From Selaginella moellendorffii (lineage: Eukaryota; Plantae; Lycopodiophyta): a stretch of 64,000 nt of DNA. The translations under genes were made by a program, and so were the position numbers. The notes beneath the pieces were generated by a model. That model was not told the DNA's origin and did not search any database. It was given only the letters and a program-made list of their open reading frames with translations. This document shows positions 62,601 to 64,000 of the stretch, one piece after another (within the stretch, counting starts at the first letter, position 1; every line of letters starts with the position of its first letter). The stretch covers positions 647,889-711,888 of the forward strand of contig NW_003314328.1 in assembly GCF_000143415.4 (NCBI RefSeq), given 5' to 3'.

Positions 62601-64000
62601 TGCAGTCAGGGAACGAAGAAGTCCAGGAGCCACAGCATGCGCTTGGGACCGTTCCCGAGCCAGAGGCCGTGCCTGAGGCTTCTGAAGAGGCTGCCAACGA
62701 GGTGGAGTCGGCCGAGCCACTCGTAGCTCAAGAACCAACCGCCACAGTGGATGACATCTTACCCGCACACGAGGAAATCAAGGAGAAAGAGAGCATAGAG
62801 CCGGCCAAGGTGGCTCTGGATGACCACGTGGAGAATGTCGAGTCCAGGGAGAGTGCTTCAGTCGCGATCCTGGACGAGGGAGAAAAGTTGGCGGTGCCAG
62901 AGATTGACAGTGCTGCACCGGATTCCATGCATGCAACAGATGCCACCCTGGAGGACACACAGCGAGCATCTTCTGCCAGTGAAGACGTTCACGAGAACGT
63001 GGAAGAGGAGCAAGCGAACGTCGCGGTGCCACATCAAGTTTCCGAACGAGAGCTTGAGATTGCCGTCCCAGTAGAAGGACTCCCACAGTTGGTGAACGAA
63101 GAAGTCCAGCAGCCACAGCCTGTGCTTGAGGCCGTTCCCGAGACAGAGGCCGTGCCTGAGGCTTCTGAAGAGGCTGCCAAAGAGGTGCAACCAGCCGAGC
63201 CACTTGTAGCTCAAGTACCAACCGCGAAAGTGGATGACATCTTACCCACACACGAGGAAATCAAGGAGGAAGAGAGCATAGAGCCGGCCAAGGTGGCTGT
63301 GGATGACCACGTGGAGAATGTCGAGCCCAGGGAGAGTGCTTCAGTCGCGATCCTGCAGGAGGGAGAAAAGTTGGCGGTGCCAGAGATTGAGAGTGCTGCA
63401 CCGGATTCCATGCATGCGACAGATGCCACCCTGGAGGACACACAGCGAGCATCTTCTGCCAGTGAAGACATTGACGAGAACGTGGAAGAGGAGCAAACCA
63501 ACGTTGACGTGCCACATCCAGTATCCGAACGCGAGCTTGAGATTCCCATTCCAGTAGAAGGACTCCCGCAGTTGGGGAACATAGAAGTCCAGGAGCCAGA
63601 GCATGCGCTAGAGGCCGTTCTCGAGCTAGGGGCCGTGCCTGAGGCTTCTGAAGAGGCTCCCAAGGAGGTGGAACCGGCCGAGCCAGTCGTAGCTCAAGTA
63701 CCAACTGCCACAGTCGATGATGTCTTACCTGGACACGAGGAAATCAAGGAGGAAGAGAGCATAGAGCCGGCCAAGGTGGCTCTGGATGACCAGGTGGAGA
63801 ATGTCGAGCCCAGGGAGAGTGCTTCAGTCGCGATCCTGGATGAGGGAGAAAAGTTGGCGGTGCCAGAGATCGAGAGTGCTGCACCGGATTCCATGCATGC
63901 GACAGATGCCACCCTGGAGGACACACAGCGAGCATCTTCTGCCAGTGAAGACATTGACGAGAACGTGGAAGAGGAGCAAACCAACGTTGACGTGCCACAT
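44496..64000 (+). CDS. Giant acidic repeat protein (>6,400 aa, incomplete) with N-terminal MGKCSSK acylation motif
   Basis: Exons 44496-44639, 44693-44728, 44782-45675 and 45725->64000, all phase 0 GT-AG. Codon phase is the same at 45725, 48731 and 63962. The ORF track reports no closed ORF in this frame, consistent with no stop before the window end. Confidence 0.85.
44590..44619 (+). repeat. (AAC)n microsatellite encoding poly-Asn
   Basis: About 9-10 AAC units in exon 1 of the giant gene. Confidence 0.9.
48757..64000 (+). repeat. Coding tandem array of 483-bp units (two 465-bp variants), 31 complete units plus a partial one
   Basis: Unit starts recur every 483 bp (48757, 49240, 49723...63694), except the 465-bp units at 56968 and 58399. 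Degenerate precursor units lie at ~46900-48757. Confidence 0.98.

Noticed and set aside
47248-63998. Dozens of repeated minus-strand and off-frame plus-strand ORFs (86, 63, 157, 118 and 84 aa)
   Set aside because: Shadows of the coding repeat. They are broken by stops each unit, whereas one + frame stays open throughout.
48757-64000. CRISPR array or non-coding satellite interpretation
   Set aside because: Units are 483 bp with no unique spacers, the context is eukaryotic, and frame-preserving indels indicate coding sequence.

Overview
Gene-dense eukaryotic (land-plant) nuclear DNA with very short introns (mostly ~45-60 nt) and many decayed PLS-class PPR sequences. This pattern suggests a compact lycophyte genome such as Selaginella (inference). 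Recognisable genes are a ~40-exon callose synthase, two plastid-type pyruvate dehydrogenase E1-beta paralogues, a DUF1218 membrane protein, a DnaJ-type zinc-finger protein, two F-box genes, a MATE transporter and a plant-type PEP carboxylase. Two features stand out, and the ORF track shows neither in full. (1) A tandem pair of Fic/Fido-domain genes on the minus strand. One is a 14-exon gene (23907-26012) with an intact HPFRDGNGRVSR catalytic motif, behind a mitochondrial-presequence-like N-terminus built from duplicated micro-exon pairs. The other is an intronless paralogue (22647-23519) whose catalytic His is replaced (RPFGDGNSR). (2) A giant + strand gene starting at 44496 with an MGKCSSK acylation motif. 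Its final >18 kb exon encodes >31 tandem 161-aa E/V/A/P-rich repeats and runs off the window end (>6,400 aa). Also present are a mosaic of scrambled PDH and callose-synthase fragments, an EF-1alpha relic between the Fic genes, and two degenerate trypsin-fold-like genes.
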